Shown here: piece by piece, positions 34,792-44,669 of the stretch
Layout: each line of letters begins with the position of its first letter
Numbering within the stretch: position 1 is the first letter of the stretch
NCBI GenBank assembly: GCA_040414495.1
Contig: JBEDUI010000054.1
Span: 15,253-79,252, forward strand
Direction of reading: 5' to 3'
DNA: 64,000 nt
Source of the DNA: Mycobacteriales bacterium
GTDB lineage: Bacteria; Actinomycetota; Actinomycetes; Mycobacteriales; QHCD01
Translations under genes and position numbers: made by a program
The notes under the pieces: model-generated
Database searches by the model: none
What the model was told of the DNA's origin: nothing
Seen by the model: only the letters and a program-made list of their open reading frames with translations

Positions 34792-35622
34792 ATGACCGAA
34801 CATCCCTTGACACTGATGGCCGTACATGCACATCCCGACGACGAGGCCAGCAGCACCGGCGGACTGTTGGCCCGCTGCGCCGCTGAGGGAATTCGTACGG
34901 TGCTGGTCACCTGCACCGACGGGCAGTGCGGTGACGGCCCAGGCGGGGTCAAGCCCGGTGCACCCGGCCACGATCCCGACGCGGTCGCTGCCATTCGTCG
35001 GACGGAACTCGAACGCAGCTGCTCGATTCTGGGTGTCGATCACCTTGAGCTACTGGGTTACGTCGACTCCGGGATGATGGGCTGGTCGACGAACGAGGCG
35101 CACGGTTCGTTCTGGAGTACGCCGGTCCAGGACGCGGCCAGGCGGTTGGCCACGATCATGCGTCAGTACGAGCCAGATGTCGTGGTCACCTACGACGAGA
35201 ACGGTTTCTACGGACACCCGGACCATATCCAGGCGCACCGAATCACGATGGCCGCCGCGGATCTCCTCATCGACACCGGCGTCCCGGCGAAGCTCTACTG
35301 GAGCACGCTGCCGCAGACAACCATGGCCGAATTCGCGGAAGCTGTGCGTGCGGCCGGCGGCGACTGGGACGAGCCAAGCCCAGATGACCCGGTGATCGGC
35401 CTACCCGACGCGGACATCAGCAGCTGGATCGACATCCGAAAGTTCACTGAGCAGAAGTTTCATGCCCTCGCCGCGCACGCCAGCCAGCTCGACAACGCGT
35501 TCTTCCTCGGGCTCGGACAGGAAAGGTTCCGCGAGCTGTTCGGTACCGAGACGTTCGTGCGCGCCCGTGATACGACCGGCGCCCAGCTGCCGGAGGATGA
35601 TCTGTTCGCCGGTCTACGGTGA
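34792..35622 (+). CDS. PIG-L-family deacetylase (Mca/MshB-like)
   Basis: Trimmed to MTEHPLTLMAVHAHPDDEASS. YDENGFYGHPDHIQAH. C-terminal DDLFAGL. Confidence 0.8.
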   Translation: MTEHPLTLMAVHAHPDDEASSTGGLLARCAAEGIRTVLVTCTDGQCGDGPGGVKPGAPGHDPDAVAAIRRTELERSCSILGVDHLELLGYVDSGMMGWSTNEAHGSFWSTPVQDAARRLATIMRQYEPDVVVTYDENGFYGHPDHIQAHRITMAAADLLIDTGVPAKLYWSTLPQTTMAEFAEAVRAAGGDWDEPSPDDPVIGLPDADISSWIDIRKFTEQKFHALAAHASQLDNAFFLGLGQERFRELFGTETFVRARDTTGAQLPEDDLFAGLR

Positions 35623-35639
35623 ACGCTGGGCGGGTCAGG

Positions 35640-38552
35640 TCAACCAGCGACGCGGACCGCCAGCGCAGGACTGATCCGGGCCGCGCGGCGAGCTGGTCCG
35701 ATCGTCGCGAGCATTGAGGCGATAAAGGTCGCTACGAGCAACAGACCGATGGTCGCCCATTCAATCGGGAATCCGCCGTGCAGATTCGCGAATTGGGCGC
35801 TTTTCTGATACATGAGCCAGGTCGTCAGGACGCCGAGAATCGCACCGAGCACAATTCCCTGCAGCGCGACGAACGAACTCTCGGTCAGGAATGACTGTTC
35901 GATCGTGCGCGACTGGAAACCCAGCGCGCGCAGCACACCGATATCGCGCCGCCGCTCCCGTACCGCCCGCACCATCACAATGCCCAGACCGCTCACTCCG
36001 ACCAACAAACCCAGCGCGAGAAATCCCTGCATCAGGCGGAAGAAGGCGGTATTCGCGGCGTAAAGATGCCGAACATTGGTGGCGACCGGCGTGGCCACGA
36101 GGCTGGAGCCCAGATATCGGGCCTGCAGGCTGGGGGCGAGTCGATCGGCGGAGACGCCCGGCGCGGTGGTCGCCAACGCGCTGTTCACCTGAGCCGCCGG
36201 TCCGTACAACTGCCGTACCGCGGCGTCGCTGGTGACGAGTGGATAAACGGTCTGGCTTTCCCCGTTGGGATAAAAGATCATGCCATTAGTGAGAATTCCG
36301 GCGATGGTCTTTCGCTCGGACCGGCCCGTTGCGGGATTGACGAGGGTCAGGTGGTCGCCGGGTTTGTAATAGCTGCCGGCCGGCCCGCCGGTTGCCCCGT
36401 AGAACGGGTCGAGCACTACATAATCGGGGTGCTGTGCGAGCGCGGACCAGACGGCGGAATTCGAGCGCAGACCAGTCAGCCGCTTCCCAAAGCTCATCGA
36501 GGTGATGGCATTCGGTGGCACGCCTACGACCACGGTGTCGAGCAGGTCTTTGGTGCGGTGACCCGGGTCGGTGGATTCCCCTACGGCGCTGACCAATGGA
36601 GCGACCCGCGTCAGCCCTCCGGTTTCGGCTATGCGCGCCGGCGCGACGCCACCACCGGCCCGCGGATTAAAGTCCAGCCGCAGTGTGTATCCGGCCGTTG
36701 CCTCGGCCACCGACCGGTTGACGCTGGCGTTGATGACACCCGTGATTTCGGTGAGCAGCACGAGCACCAGCATGATCAGCGTGTACATCACCAGCGTCGC
36801 TCCGGTGCGAAATCGCTTCGCGAGCGGATACGCCACCGCCAACCGGGTGGCCAATCCGGCCTGACCGGGCCCGTTCGTCAACCGGCGGAACGGGCGCAAC
36901 AGAATTGCCTGATTTTCGCTCACCAGCACCACACCGGAAAACGCCGTGAGCGTACCCAGAATGACAAAGATCGCCATCGACGGCGTGTCGAATACGTGCG
37001 GTCGAACCACACTGGCCACCAGGCTCCACACGAGAATCGTCCCCGAGACCAGACTCAATGCCGCACGGCGCGGCATGATCCGCAACAACAGCGGAGTCGC
37101 GCAGGCGACCGCCAATGCCGGCAGGATAAATGTCAGCTCGGGCTGACTCCGTATGACCGCCGGCACGGCCGCTACAGCACAGAGAATCGCTGCCGAGGTT
37201 GAGAAAGCCAACGCCCGACGCCGTGGTTGCCGTCCCCCGTCAGTGGGCAGATCCCGGATCGCGGCGATAATGTTGAACCGGCTGATCCGCACACTGGTGA
37301 GCAGAATCGCCAGCAACGCGATGACCAAACCCAGCGCCGTACCGTTGATGATGCTGGTCGGTGTCACGGCAAACGCGATATTCAATCCGGTACCCGTTGC
37401 CGACCAACTCTTGAAGATCTGGGCCGCGACCAGGGCCACCGCGTACCCAACCCCAATACCAACGGCAATTCCCGGAATAGCCGACAGAATGGCGTAAGCC
37501 GCGCCTTCCATGGTGAAGGAACCGATCAGCCACGAACGCTTCATGCCGACCGCCCGCAGGACTCCCAGCTGCGACTTTCGCTCCTCGCCGAGCATGACGA
37601 AGATATTCACCAGCAGCAAGGCACCGGCGATAATGCTGAAACTGCCAATCATGAGGAAGACGCTGCCCAGCGCGTCCCCGGTCGTTTTCGCTGCTTTGAG
37701 TACGTCGTGTTTCGGTGTCGCCACCTGGGTGCTCGCGGCGAGCGGCCCCAGTGCGGTGCCGATATCGCGCGTCACGGTGCTGGTCAGGTGGTTGCCGCCC
37801 TCGACCGAGCCGCGGTTGGAGACGAATGTCACCGAGCGCGGCATGGTCCCGGCGGCCGCGGCGGCGGCATCGAGCGTGCCCGGCGCGACGAATATGTCTC
37901 GGTTGAGAGTCGCGCCCAAGCCCGCCCCGGCCAGCCCACGCTGCGCCAGCACCCGATCGATCCGTACCCGGAAGCCGCGTCCGTAAAGAAAGAGCGTCAC
38001 GATCTGTCCACGATGGACACCCAACGAATTGGCGAATGGCTCGTTGATGACCACGTGGCCCGGCTTCGGCGTCGGGCCGGAGATACCGGTGGCTCCGGCC
38101 GCGCCGCCGAACCCCGCCGCGGCGGGGAAGTCCAGTTGCCAGGCCAGCACCCGGGGTTCGGCCCGGGAGCCTCGAACCGCCGCGGCCTGGTCGACCGACG
38201 TCGTAAATACGCCGTCGACATTCGGGTTTCCCCGCAGCGTTGCCAGCCGCGCGTTGACTTGCCCACCTACCGCCGAATTCGGTGCGGTGATGCGTTCATC
38301 GATCGGACCGAGCGTGCGATAAGCCTCCTGCCGTACGGAAAAGTTCAGCGTGTCTCCGACCACGAGCGCACCGATGATGATCGCGGTGCCCAGAATCGAG
38401 CCGATAATCGCCAGGGACGCCTCAAGCGGCCGACGTGCGATCTGCCGTACCGCCAATCGCCGGGACACCGGCTGGCGCGCCGCGAAAAGGACCACGGCGG
38501 CAAGACCGATCAGGACGGTGATCAGCAGCGGTACGAGCAGGTTCGGGTACAT
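35640..38552 (-). CDS. ABC transporter permease with two FtsX domains (MacB-type)
   Basis: Trimmed to MYPNLLVPLLITVLIG (970 aa), 10 predicted TMs. One nt after the ATPase stop. Confidence 0.8.
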   Translation of the reverse strand: MYPNLLVPLLITVLIGLAAVVLFAARQPVSRRLAVRQIARRPLEASLAIIGSILGTAIIIGALVVGDTLNFSVRQEAYRTLGPIDERITAPNSAVGGQVNARLATLRGNPNVDGVFTTSVDQAAAVRGSRAEPRVLAWQLDFPAAAGFGGAAGATGISGPTPKPGHVVINEPFANSLGVHRGQIVTLFLYGRGFRVRIDRVLAQRGLAGAGLGATLNRDIFVAPGTLDAAAAAAGTMPRSVTFVSNRGSVEGGNHLTSTVTRDIGTALGPLAASTQVATPKHDVLKAAKTTGDALGSVFLMIGSFSIIAGALLLVNIFVMLGEERKSQLGVLRAVGMKRSWLIGSFTMEGAAYAILSAIPGIAVGIGVGYAVALVAAQIFKSWSATGTGLNIAFAVTPTSIINGTALGLVIALLAILLTSVRISRFNIIAAIRDLPTDGGRQPRRRALAFSTSAAILCAVAAVPAVIRSQPELTFILPALAVACATPLLLRIMPRRAALSLVSGTILVWSLVASVVRPHVFDTPSMAIFVILGTLTAFSGVVLVSENQAILLRPFRRLTNGPGQAGLATRLAVAYPLAKRFRTGATLVMYTLIMLVLVLLTEITGVINASVNRSVAEATAGYTLRLDFNPRAGGGVAPARIAETGGLTRVAPLVSAVGESTDPGHRTKDLLDTVVVGVPPNAITSMSFGKRLTGLRSNSAVWSALAQHPDYVVLDPFYGATGGPAGSYYKPGDHLTLVNPATGRSERKTIAGILTNGMIFYPNGESQTVYPLVTSDAAVRQLYGPAAQVNSALATTAPGVSADRLAPSLQARYLGSSLVATPVATNVRHLYAANTAFFRLMQGFLALGLLVGVSGLGIVMVRAVRERRRDIGVLRALGFQSRTIEQSFLTESSFVALQGIVLGAILGVLTTWLMYQKSAQFANLHGGFPIEWATIGLLLVATFIASMLATIGPARRAARISPALAVRVAG

Positions 38553-38553
38553 G

Positions 38554-39276
38554 TCATCGTGCCGCCGCCGGGACCGGGGACTGCCGGACGTCTTCGACCA
38601 GGCTGCCATCGCGCATGGTGACGACTCGCGGCGCGCGCCCACCAATGGTTGGGTCGTGGGTGACCAGCACGATCGTCTGGCCCTCCGTGGCGTTGAGCTC
38701 GCAGAGCAGGTCCATCACCTCGGTCGCCATTGTGCTGTCGAGGTTGCCGGTTGGTTCATCGGCCCACACGATCGCGGGACGGGCCACCAGGGCACGGGCG
38801 ATGGTGACGCGTTGCTGTTCCCCACCGGACATTTCGCTGGGCCGGTGGTTCACACGATGCCCGAGTCCAACGCGTTCCAACATGGACAGTGCGCGTCGCC
38901 GGGCTTCGGCCTGATGCGTACCGGTCAGCAACAGCGGTAGCTCTACGTTCTCAGCGGCGGTGAATACCGGGATGAGATTAAATGCCTGGAATACGAAACC
39001 CATCGCGTGGGCGCGGTGCTCGGTCCGTTCGGTATCCGACATGGCGAACAAATCCCGACCCTCGATCAGGACCTGACCGCCGTCGATGTCGTCCAATCCG
39101 GACAGACAGTTGAGCAACGTGGTCTTGCCTGAGCCGGAGGGACCCATGACCGCGACAAGCTCGCCGTGCCGGACGACAAAGTCGAGATGCCGCAGAGCCA
39201 GCACTTCGATCGACCCGGTGCGATACACCTTCCGCACGCCGGTCGCGACCAACAAAGGATTCCGGTCAACCACCAT
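38554..39276 (-). CDS. ABC transporter ATP-binding protein (MacB/LolD-type)
   Basis: GPSGSGKT, MSGGEQQRV, IVWADEPTGNLD. Confidence 0.85.
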   Translation of the reverse strand: MVVDRNPLLVATGVRKVYRTGSIEVLALRHLDFVVRHGELVAVMGPSGSGKTTLLNCLSGLDDIDGGQVLIEGRDLFAMSDTERTEHRAHAMGFVFQAFNLIPVFTAAENVELPLLLTGTHQAEARRRALSMLERVGLGHRVNHRPSEMSGGEQQRVTIARALVARPAIVWADEPTGNLDSTMATEVMDLLCELNATEGQTIVLVTHDPTIGGRAPRVVTMRDGSLVEDVRQSPVPAAAR

Positions 39277-39333
39277 GAATCAAGTCAATGCCACGCGGCG
39301 GGACCGGTATACGGCCGAAAGTCACGACGTGCG

Positions 39334-39347
39334 CAGCCCAAGGACCT
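39334..39347. promoter_or_regulatory. DevR/DosR-like box (minus-strand reading AGGTCCTTGGGCTG)
   Basis: GGWCCTT core. 122-135 nt upstream of the CtpF-like ATPase start. Confidence 0.3.
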
Positions 39348-39468
39348 GACACGATTCGGGCCCGCCTCGGTCGGACCGGGCATAAGCCATCAGCCGGCGG
39401 GCCATTGGCCTCTATATCAGCGCGGCCGATCGACCGACGGTGGACGGTGACACCAGGGAGCGTCACCA

Positions 39469-42198
39469 GTGCATGCGGATGGCAATACGCTTACGGCCGA
39501 CAAGGCCCCCAGCCCGGGACTGGATCCGCGGGAGCCGCTGTCGCTGCTGTGGCGCCATCTTCGCGCAACCGGCGCTGGCTTGACCAGCCGCGAAGCCGAT
39601 CGCCGGCTTGTCGCGTTTGGACCGAATGAGCTGTCGCGACGGCGCCGACGCCGTTGGCCGCGGGAATTGCTGAATCAATTCATCCATCCGTTGGCGTTGC
39701 TGTTAATTGTGGCGGCGGCCTTGGCCTGGATCGCGGGAACCCCTTTGCTGACCGGCGCGATTCTCGTGGTCGTTCTGCTCAACGCCGCGTTCGCGTTTAT
39801 CCAGGAACAACAGGCCGAGCGCGCGGTCGAGGCGCTCAGCGCATATCTTCCGCTCACCGCGCATGTGCTCCGCGATGGTCATGTGCAAGCGGTGCCGGCG
39901 CGCACGCTCGTACCCGGAGATGTCCTCCTGATCGAGGAAGGCGACCGGATTTGTGCCGACGCCCGATTGATCGACGGCGAGCTCGAGGTGGATCTGTCAA
40001 TGCTGACCGGTGAGTCGCTGCCCGCGTCCCGGTCGGCCGAATTCCTCGATACCGATCGTCCCGTGATTGATTCCCGCGACCTGATCTTCAGCGGTACCAG
40101 CGCTACAGCAGGCGAAGCGCGGGCGATCGTCACCGCGACGGGAATGCACACCGAAATAGGTCGAATAGCCGCGCTGTCGGAACGAACGACACAAGCCGAC
40201 AGCCCGTTGGAGCGGCAGGTCAAACGGGTCGCGTGGCTGATCGCGTTGGTAGCGGTGTGCGCCGGGCTGGTTTTCATGCCGGTCGGAGTTTTGGCTGGAC
40301 TGGCCTGGTCGGCCGCGGCAACGTTCGCGATCGGGCTCATCGTCGCCAACGTGCCCGAAGGACTGCTGCCCACGATCACACTCGCGCTCGCGATCGGCGT
40401 ACGCGATATGGCCCGACGGGGCGCGGTCGTGAAACGACTGTCCGCTGTGGAGACACTCGGCTCGACGACGGTCATCTGCACCGACAAGACCGGCACACTC
40501 ACGGAGAATTGGATGCGGGTCACCACGGTGTGGCTGCCCGACCGGGAGGTCTCGATCGAGAACCTCGAGGTCGCCCCCACCGCCGCGCTGCAACGGATCG
40601 CCCGGGCCGCGGCCCTGTGTACCAGCGCCCAACCGGCCATAGCCGATCAGCCGGCGACCGGCGATCCGACCGAGCTGGCGCTGCTTGACCTTGCGGCCCG
40701 GGTCGGCGTGCCGATCAGCGACCAGGGTCGGCAGCGTAACCGGCGTGCCATATTTCACTTCGACCCGCACGTCAAATGTATGTCCACAGTAGACGAGTTG
40801 CCCGATGGGCAATATGTACACACCAAGGGCGCACCCGAGACCGTTATCGGCTACTGCACCTCAATCGCCGGACACGGATCGATCGACGCCGCCGATCGAC
40901 ACCGCCTGGCGAGCATTGTGGACGACTACGCGACGCGGGGCCTGCGACTGCTGGCCGTGGCCACGCGAAAGCTGCCGGCATCACCCTCGCTGAGCCGCTC
41001 GGAGATCGAACGAGAGCTGTGCCTACTGGGCCTCATCGCAATGTTCGACCCGCCGCGGCCCGGTGTCGCCGAGGCGGTCGCGCAGGCCCATACCGCCGGC
41101 ATTCGAATCCACGTGGTCACCGGCGACAATGGACTCACCGCCGCCGAAGTAGCCCGCAGAGTTGGCATCGGCACGGCTGGTACGGAAATCATCACCGGTT
41201 CGCAATTGGATGCGATGGCCGAGCCCGCGCTCGACGACACTCTCCTGAGCGGGCGGGAGATTATCTTCGCGCGCAGCTCACCGGAGGCAAAGCTGCGTAT
41301 CGCGGATGCGCTGCGTGCTCGTGGTCAGGTGGTCGCGATGACCGGCGACGGGGTGAACGATGCGCCAGCGTTGCACCGGGCCGATATCGGCGTCGCGATG
41401 GGCCGTTCGGGAACCGACGTGGCGCGAGAGGCCGCCACAATGGTCCTGACCGATGATGACTTCGGGACGATCATCGCCGCGGTCGAAGCGGGGCGCCGCG
41501 TCTTCGACAATGTACGAAAATTCATTCTTTACATATTCACGCACGCGGTTCCCGAAGTGGCGCCGTTCCTGCTCTTTGCCCTCAGCGGCGGTCTGATCCC
41601 GCTGCCGTTGACCGTAATGCAAATTCTGGCCATCGACCTCGGCACCGATGTGCTTCCCGCGCTCGCGCTCAGCCGCGAGCCATCCGAACCGGGTTTGATG
41701 CACCGCCCACCACACCGTCGCGGTGACAGCGTGGTCGATCGGAGCCTGCTGGGCCGGGCCTGGGGATTTCTCGGTCTGATTTCGGCCGTGCTCGTTATTG
41801 GCGTATTTCTGCTAGTGCTATGGCAGGGCGGTTGGCATCCCGGGGCGGCAACCGGCCGGCACAGCGAACTGCATCAGACTTATGTGGAGGCAAGCACCAC
41901 GGCGTGGCTGGGGCTTGTGTCATGCCAGATCGGCACCGCCTTCGCGGCCCGGACCGAACACGCATCGCTGCGCTCGATCGGGATAGCGAGCAATCCCTGG
42001 CTGCTGTACGGAATTGCCGTGGAGATCGCGTTCGCGTTGACGCTCGTCTACACGCCATTTCTGCAGTCCATTCTCGGCACAACGAGCTTGTCGCCAAGCC
42101 AACTGGCGCTGGTATTGCCCTTCCCGCTGGCGGTGTGGGGAGCTGATGAGATCCGCCGGGCGTGGTATCGCCGATCGTCAGGTGAGTTGACGGTGTAG
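39469..42198 (+). CDS. P-type cation-transporting ATPase (type IIA, CtpF-like)
   Basis: 909 aa. [25 protein letters not shown] start with AGGGAG RBS. Confidence 0.85.
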   Translation: MHADGNTLTADKAPSPGLDPREPLSLLWRHLRATGAGLTSREADRRLVAFGPNELSRRRRRRWPRELLNQFIHPLALLLIVAAALAWIAGTPLLTGAILVVVLLNAAFAFIQEQQAERAVEALSAYLPLTAHVLRDGHVQAVPARTLVPGDVLLIEEGDRICADARLIDGELEVDLSMLTGESLPASRSAEFLDTDRPVIDSRDLIFSGTSATAGEARAIVTATGMHTEIGRIAALSERTTQADSPLERQVKRVAWLIALVAVCAGLVFMPVGVLAGLAWSAAATFAIGLIVANVPEGLLPTITLALAIGVRDMARRGAVVKRLSAVETLGSTTVICTDKTGTLTENWMRVTTVWLPDREVSIENLEVAPTAALQRIARAAALCTSAQPAIADQPATGDPTELALLDLAARVGVPISDQGRQRNRRAIFHFDPHVKCMSTVDELPDGQYVHTKGAPETVIGYCTSIAGHGSIDAADRHRLASIVDDYATRGLRLLAVATRKLPASPSLSRSEIERELCLLGLIAMFDPPRPGVAEAVAQAHTAGIRIHVVTGDNGLTAAEVARRVGIGTAGTEIITGSQLDAMAEPALDDTLLSGREIIFARSSPEAKLRIADALRARGQVVAMTGDGVNDAPALHRADIGVAMGRSGTDVAREAATMVLTDDDFGTIIAAVEAGRRVFDNVRKFILYIFTHAVPEVAPFLLFALSGGLIPLPLTVMQILAIDLGTDVLPALALSREPSEPGLMHRPPHRRGDSVVDRSLLGRAWGFLGLISAVLVIGVFLLVLWQGGWHPGAATGRHSELHQTYVEASTTAWLGLVSCQIGTAFAARTEHASLRSIGIASNPWLLYGIAVEIAFALTLVYTPFLQSILGTTSLSPSQLALVLPFPLAVWGADEIRRAWYRRSSGELTV

Positions 42199-42301
42199 CG
42201 GGCGTGACGTGCGCATCGAAACGGGCCGCGCGATCACGGGATGGCACGGAGACCTCGATGCCTATTCCTGGACCGACACACCGAGCACTCTTCAGTCTCG
42301 C

Positions 42302-42880
42302 TCAGCCACAAGCGGACGGCCGGAGTCCGTCCATCAGGAGGTTCAGCAGGCGCGCCGCCATCGCTTCGTGCTCCGGCGAACCAGCCACGGTGAAGATGCC
42401 GATGAGAGCGGCAGCGATGTCCTCGGCGGGGACGTCGGCGCGCAGTTCCCCGCTCGTACGCCCGGCGTCGAGGATGTCGTCAATGGCCGCGAGCAGCTCA
42501 GTCCGGGTGTGGGCATGGGCGATCTCCCCCGACTCGACCATCGCGAGCAGCGTGTCGAGCATCCCGTTCTTGGTCGCGATCCACTCCCCGAACAGGTCCA
42601 TCCAGCGTCGCAGCGCTGCGGGCGGGTCGAGTTGGGCGAGTAGCTCACGGGCACCGGCCGTGAGCCGCGAGACCTGGTCCCGATAGACCGCGTCGACCAG
42701 CGACTGGCGGGTCGGGAAGTGCCGGTAGAGAGTGGCGATGCCGACCCCGGCTTCGCCCGCGATCGCGCGCATCGACGGCTCGGTCTCGGCCGACGCGAAC
42801 AAGCCGGTCGCCACGTCCAGCAGCTGTTGGCGGTTGCGAGTCGCGTCCGCCCGCGGTCTACGGGTCCTTGCGTCGGCCAA
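42302..42880 (-). CDS. TetR-family transcriptional regulator
   Basis: 192 aa. HTH MRAIAGEAGVGIATLYRHF. Only a TTG start is available upstream of the HTH. Confidence 0.8.
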   Translation of the reverse strand: MADARTRRPRADATRNRQQLLDVATGLFASAETEPSMRAIAGEAGVGIATLYRHFPTRQSLVDAVYRDQVSRLTAGARELLAQLDPPAALRRWMDLFGEWIATKNGMLDTLLAMVESGEIAHAHTRTELLAAIDDILDAGRTSGELRADVPAEDIAAALIGIFTVAGSPEHEAMAARLLNLLMDGLRPSACG

Positions 42881-42940
42881 AACGGATCACGCTCCACTTG
42901 TGCTAGCTTGAGGTCACGCAAAACGAAGCGTAATCCGTTT
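42880..42940. promoter_or_regulatory. 13-nt inverted repeat AAACGGATCACGC (42880-92) / GCGTAATCCGTTT (42928-40) bracketing a TTGAGG-17-TAATCC promoter
   Basis: 12/13 complementary. The right arm overlaps the putative -10 of the oxidoreductase gene. The left arm overlaps the TetR start codon. Confidence 0.4.
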
Positions 42941-42976
42941 ACGTTGCCTCACGAGCCGCGCAAGAGACAGGTGAGC

Positions 42977-43924
42977 ATGAAAGAACCGAGCGTCAACACG
43001 AGCCGGGCGGTCGAGTTCGAGTCCTTCGGCGGACCCGAGGCCTTGAGCGTCCGCGAGGTACCCGTGCCGCGGGCCGGCTCGGGACAGCTCCGCGTGCGGG
43101 TCACCGCGGCTGGCCTGAATCCGATGGACTGGTTCATGACCTCTGACGCAGAGACCGCCGCGCGATTCGGCTTGAGCCTGCCGTGTGGGTTCGGCACCGA
43201 CTATGCCGGGGTCGTGGATCAGGTCGGAGACGGCGTGAGCGAGTTCGTGGTCGGTGACCGGGTGTTCGGCGGTGCCCTGTCCCGCGCGGTTGCCGACTAC
43301 GTCGTCGTGGAAGAGGCGGGGAGCATCGCGGTGGGCGGCGAGGCGCACCGGACCCCTGACGGCGTCGACGACCGCACCGCTGCCACCCTTGCTATTGCGG
43401 GCCGCACGGCGGCCGCAGCTCTCGCCGTGGTCAACCCGGGCCCGGGTGACACGGTGCTCATCGGCGGCGCGGGCGGCGGTGTAGGTGTGTTCGCTGTCCA
43501 GCTCGCGCGCATCGCGGGCGCGCGAGTAATCGGGACGGGGTCGGCAACCTCGGCCGATGCCCTGCGCACCCTGGGGGCCGAGCCGGTCGCCTATGGCGAT
43601 GGTCTCCTCGACCGGGTCCGTGCGCTGGCTCCCGCTGGCGTCGATGCGGTCATGGACCTGCACGGGACGGACACGGCGCAGGCGGCACGCGAACTTGGCG
43701 TACCTGACGAGCGCATCACCACGATTGCCGCCCAGGTCGACGGGATCACGCCGGCGAACGGCGCCAACGCCGCTCCGGGCGCCCTCGAGGAGATCGCCGG
43801 CCTGGTCGCGGCGGGTCGGCTCCGGGTGCCGATCGCGGCACGTTTTCCGGTCGAGCAGATCCGCGCCGCGGTCGAGCTTCAGGCGGCGCGGCACGTGCAT
43901 GGAAAGGTCGTCATCGACCTCTAG
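42977..43924 (+). CDS. NADPH:quinone-oxidoreductase / zinc-type alcohol-dehydrogenase-like protein
   Basis: Trimmed to MKEPSVNTSRAVEFESFGGPEAL. GGAGGGVGVFAVQLA Rossmann motif. Confidence 0.8.
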   Translation: MKEPSVNTSRAVEFESFGGPEALSVREVPVPRAGSGQLRVRVTAAGLNPMDWFMTSDAETAARFGLSLPCGFGTDYAGVVDQVGDGVSEFVVGDRVFGGALSRAVADYVVVEEAGSIAVGGEAHRTPDGVDDRTAATLAIAGRTAAAALAVVNPGPGDTVLIGGAGGGVGVFAVQLARIAGARVIGTGSATSADALRTLGAEPVAYGDGLLDRVRALAPAGVDAVMDLHGTDTAQAARELGVPDERITTIAAQVDGITPANGANAAPGALEEIAGLVAAGRLRVPIAARFPVEQIRAAVELQAARHVHGKVVIDL

Positions 43925-43968
43925 GAAAGCTCGGAACACGACGCTCTGCTCCTGGCGCCAAACACACC

Positions 43969-44157
43969 CTAATGAGTCGCGCCCATCTCGTGCAGCAGGC
44001 TGATGAGCTCCGCTCGGGTCGGTGCCATGGCAACGACGCCAACGGTATCCTCGGCCACCCAGACTGTCCGCTCGTCAATGGTCCGCGATTCGATTTTTAT
44101 ATGGCTGTGTACGACCCATTGCGGTAGGTCATGGTGGTGCTCAGGTTGATAAGTCAT
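43969..44157 (-). CDS. small hypothetical protein (possibly DUF1902/HicB-fold-like)
   Basis: Trimmed to MTYQPEHHHDLPQWVVHSHIKIESRTIDERTVWVAEDTVGVVAMAPTRAELISLLHEM (62 aa). RBS AAAGGTG. Confidence 0.4.
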   Translation of the reverse strand: MTYQPEHHHDLPQWVVHSHIKIESRTIDERTVWVAEDTVGVVAMAPTRAELISLLHEMGATH

Positions 44158-44183
44158 CTGATTTACACCTTTTGTTGCCCGGG

Positions 44184-44197
44184 CCGTACAAGGACCG
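44184..44197. promoter_or_regulatory. DevR/DosR-like box (minus-strand reading CGGTCCTTGTACGG)
   Basis: GGWCCTT core. GTACAAGGACC is identical to 62426-62436. A second, Mtb-consensus-like box GGGCCAATAGTCAC lies at 44362-44375. Confidence 0.3.
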
Positions 44198-44423
44198 ATC
44201 GCCGACGCCGCAGACGTGGAATACGGCTGGCGTCGAGGAGAGTCCGTCCGCACGAGCGGCTTGGAGATGGGTGGTGTGCGGAACACCCGCAGCTTCCGCC
44301 CCTTATCTTTCCGGCTCTCCTCGACAATTCAAGTAGATGCCGGTCCGCGACCATCGTGGTAGGGCCAATAGTCACTAGCGCAGTCATACGACACCAACGC
44401 ACGCCCGGTCGCGATCGCAGCTC

Positions 44424-44648
44424 CTATCTGGACCGAATGCGCGTTCGTACCGCACCATCTTCATGCGTCGAACGAACGCGAGCATCGGAGCCGGGAAAAA
44501 CCAGCGTCGTATCCCCGGTGTCAGACCACCGAACGACATAGGGCGGCTGCCCGCCTTTACCGTGGACTTCCAGGATTTCTCCATCGCGAATCGATCGCTG
44601 CAACCGGCTGGACATGATCAGCAGCTGATCACCAACTGTGGCGTACAT
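44424..44648 (-). CDS. DUF1918-domain protein (Rv0569-like)
   Basis: 74 aa. MYATVGDQLLI...RDGEILEVHGKGGQPPYVVRWSDTGDTTLVFPGSDA. Confidence 0.7.
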   Translation of the reverse strand: MYATVGDQLLIMSSRLQRSIRDGEILEVHGKGGQPPYVVRWSDTGDTTLVFPGSDARVRSTHEDGAVRTRIRSR

Positions 44649-44669
44649 TCTCAGCCCCTCCCTCGATCA

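Noticed and set aside
42862-42875. Counting GGGTCCTTGCGTCG and the other coding-region GGWCCTT hits as operators
   Set aside because: About a dozen occurrences are expected by chance in 64 kb at this composition. Coding hits are treated as background unless binding data say otherwise.
44163-44402. 79-aa minus-strand ORF filling the gap between the small DUF1902-like gene and DUF1918
   Set aside because: Arg/Ser/Cys-rich composition and no RBS. The region is better explained as promoter/leader DNA carrying two DosR-like boxes.
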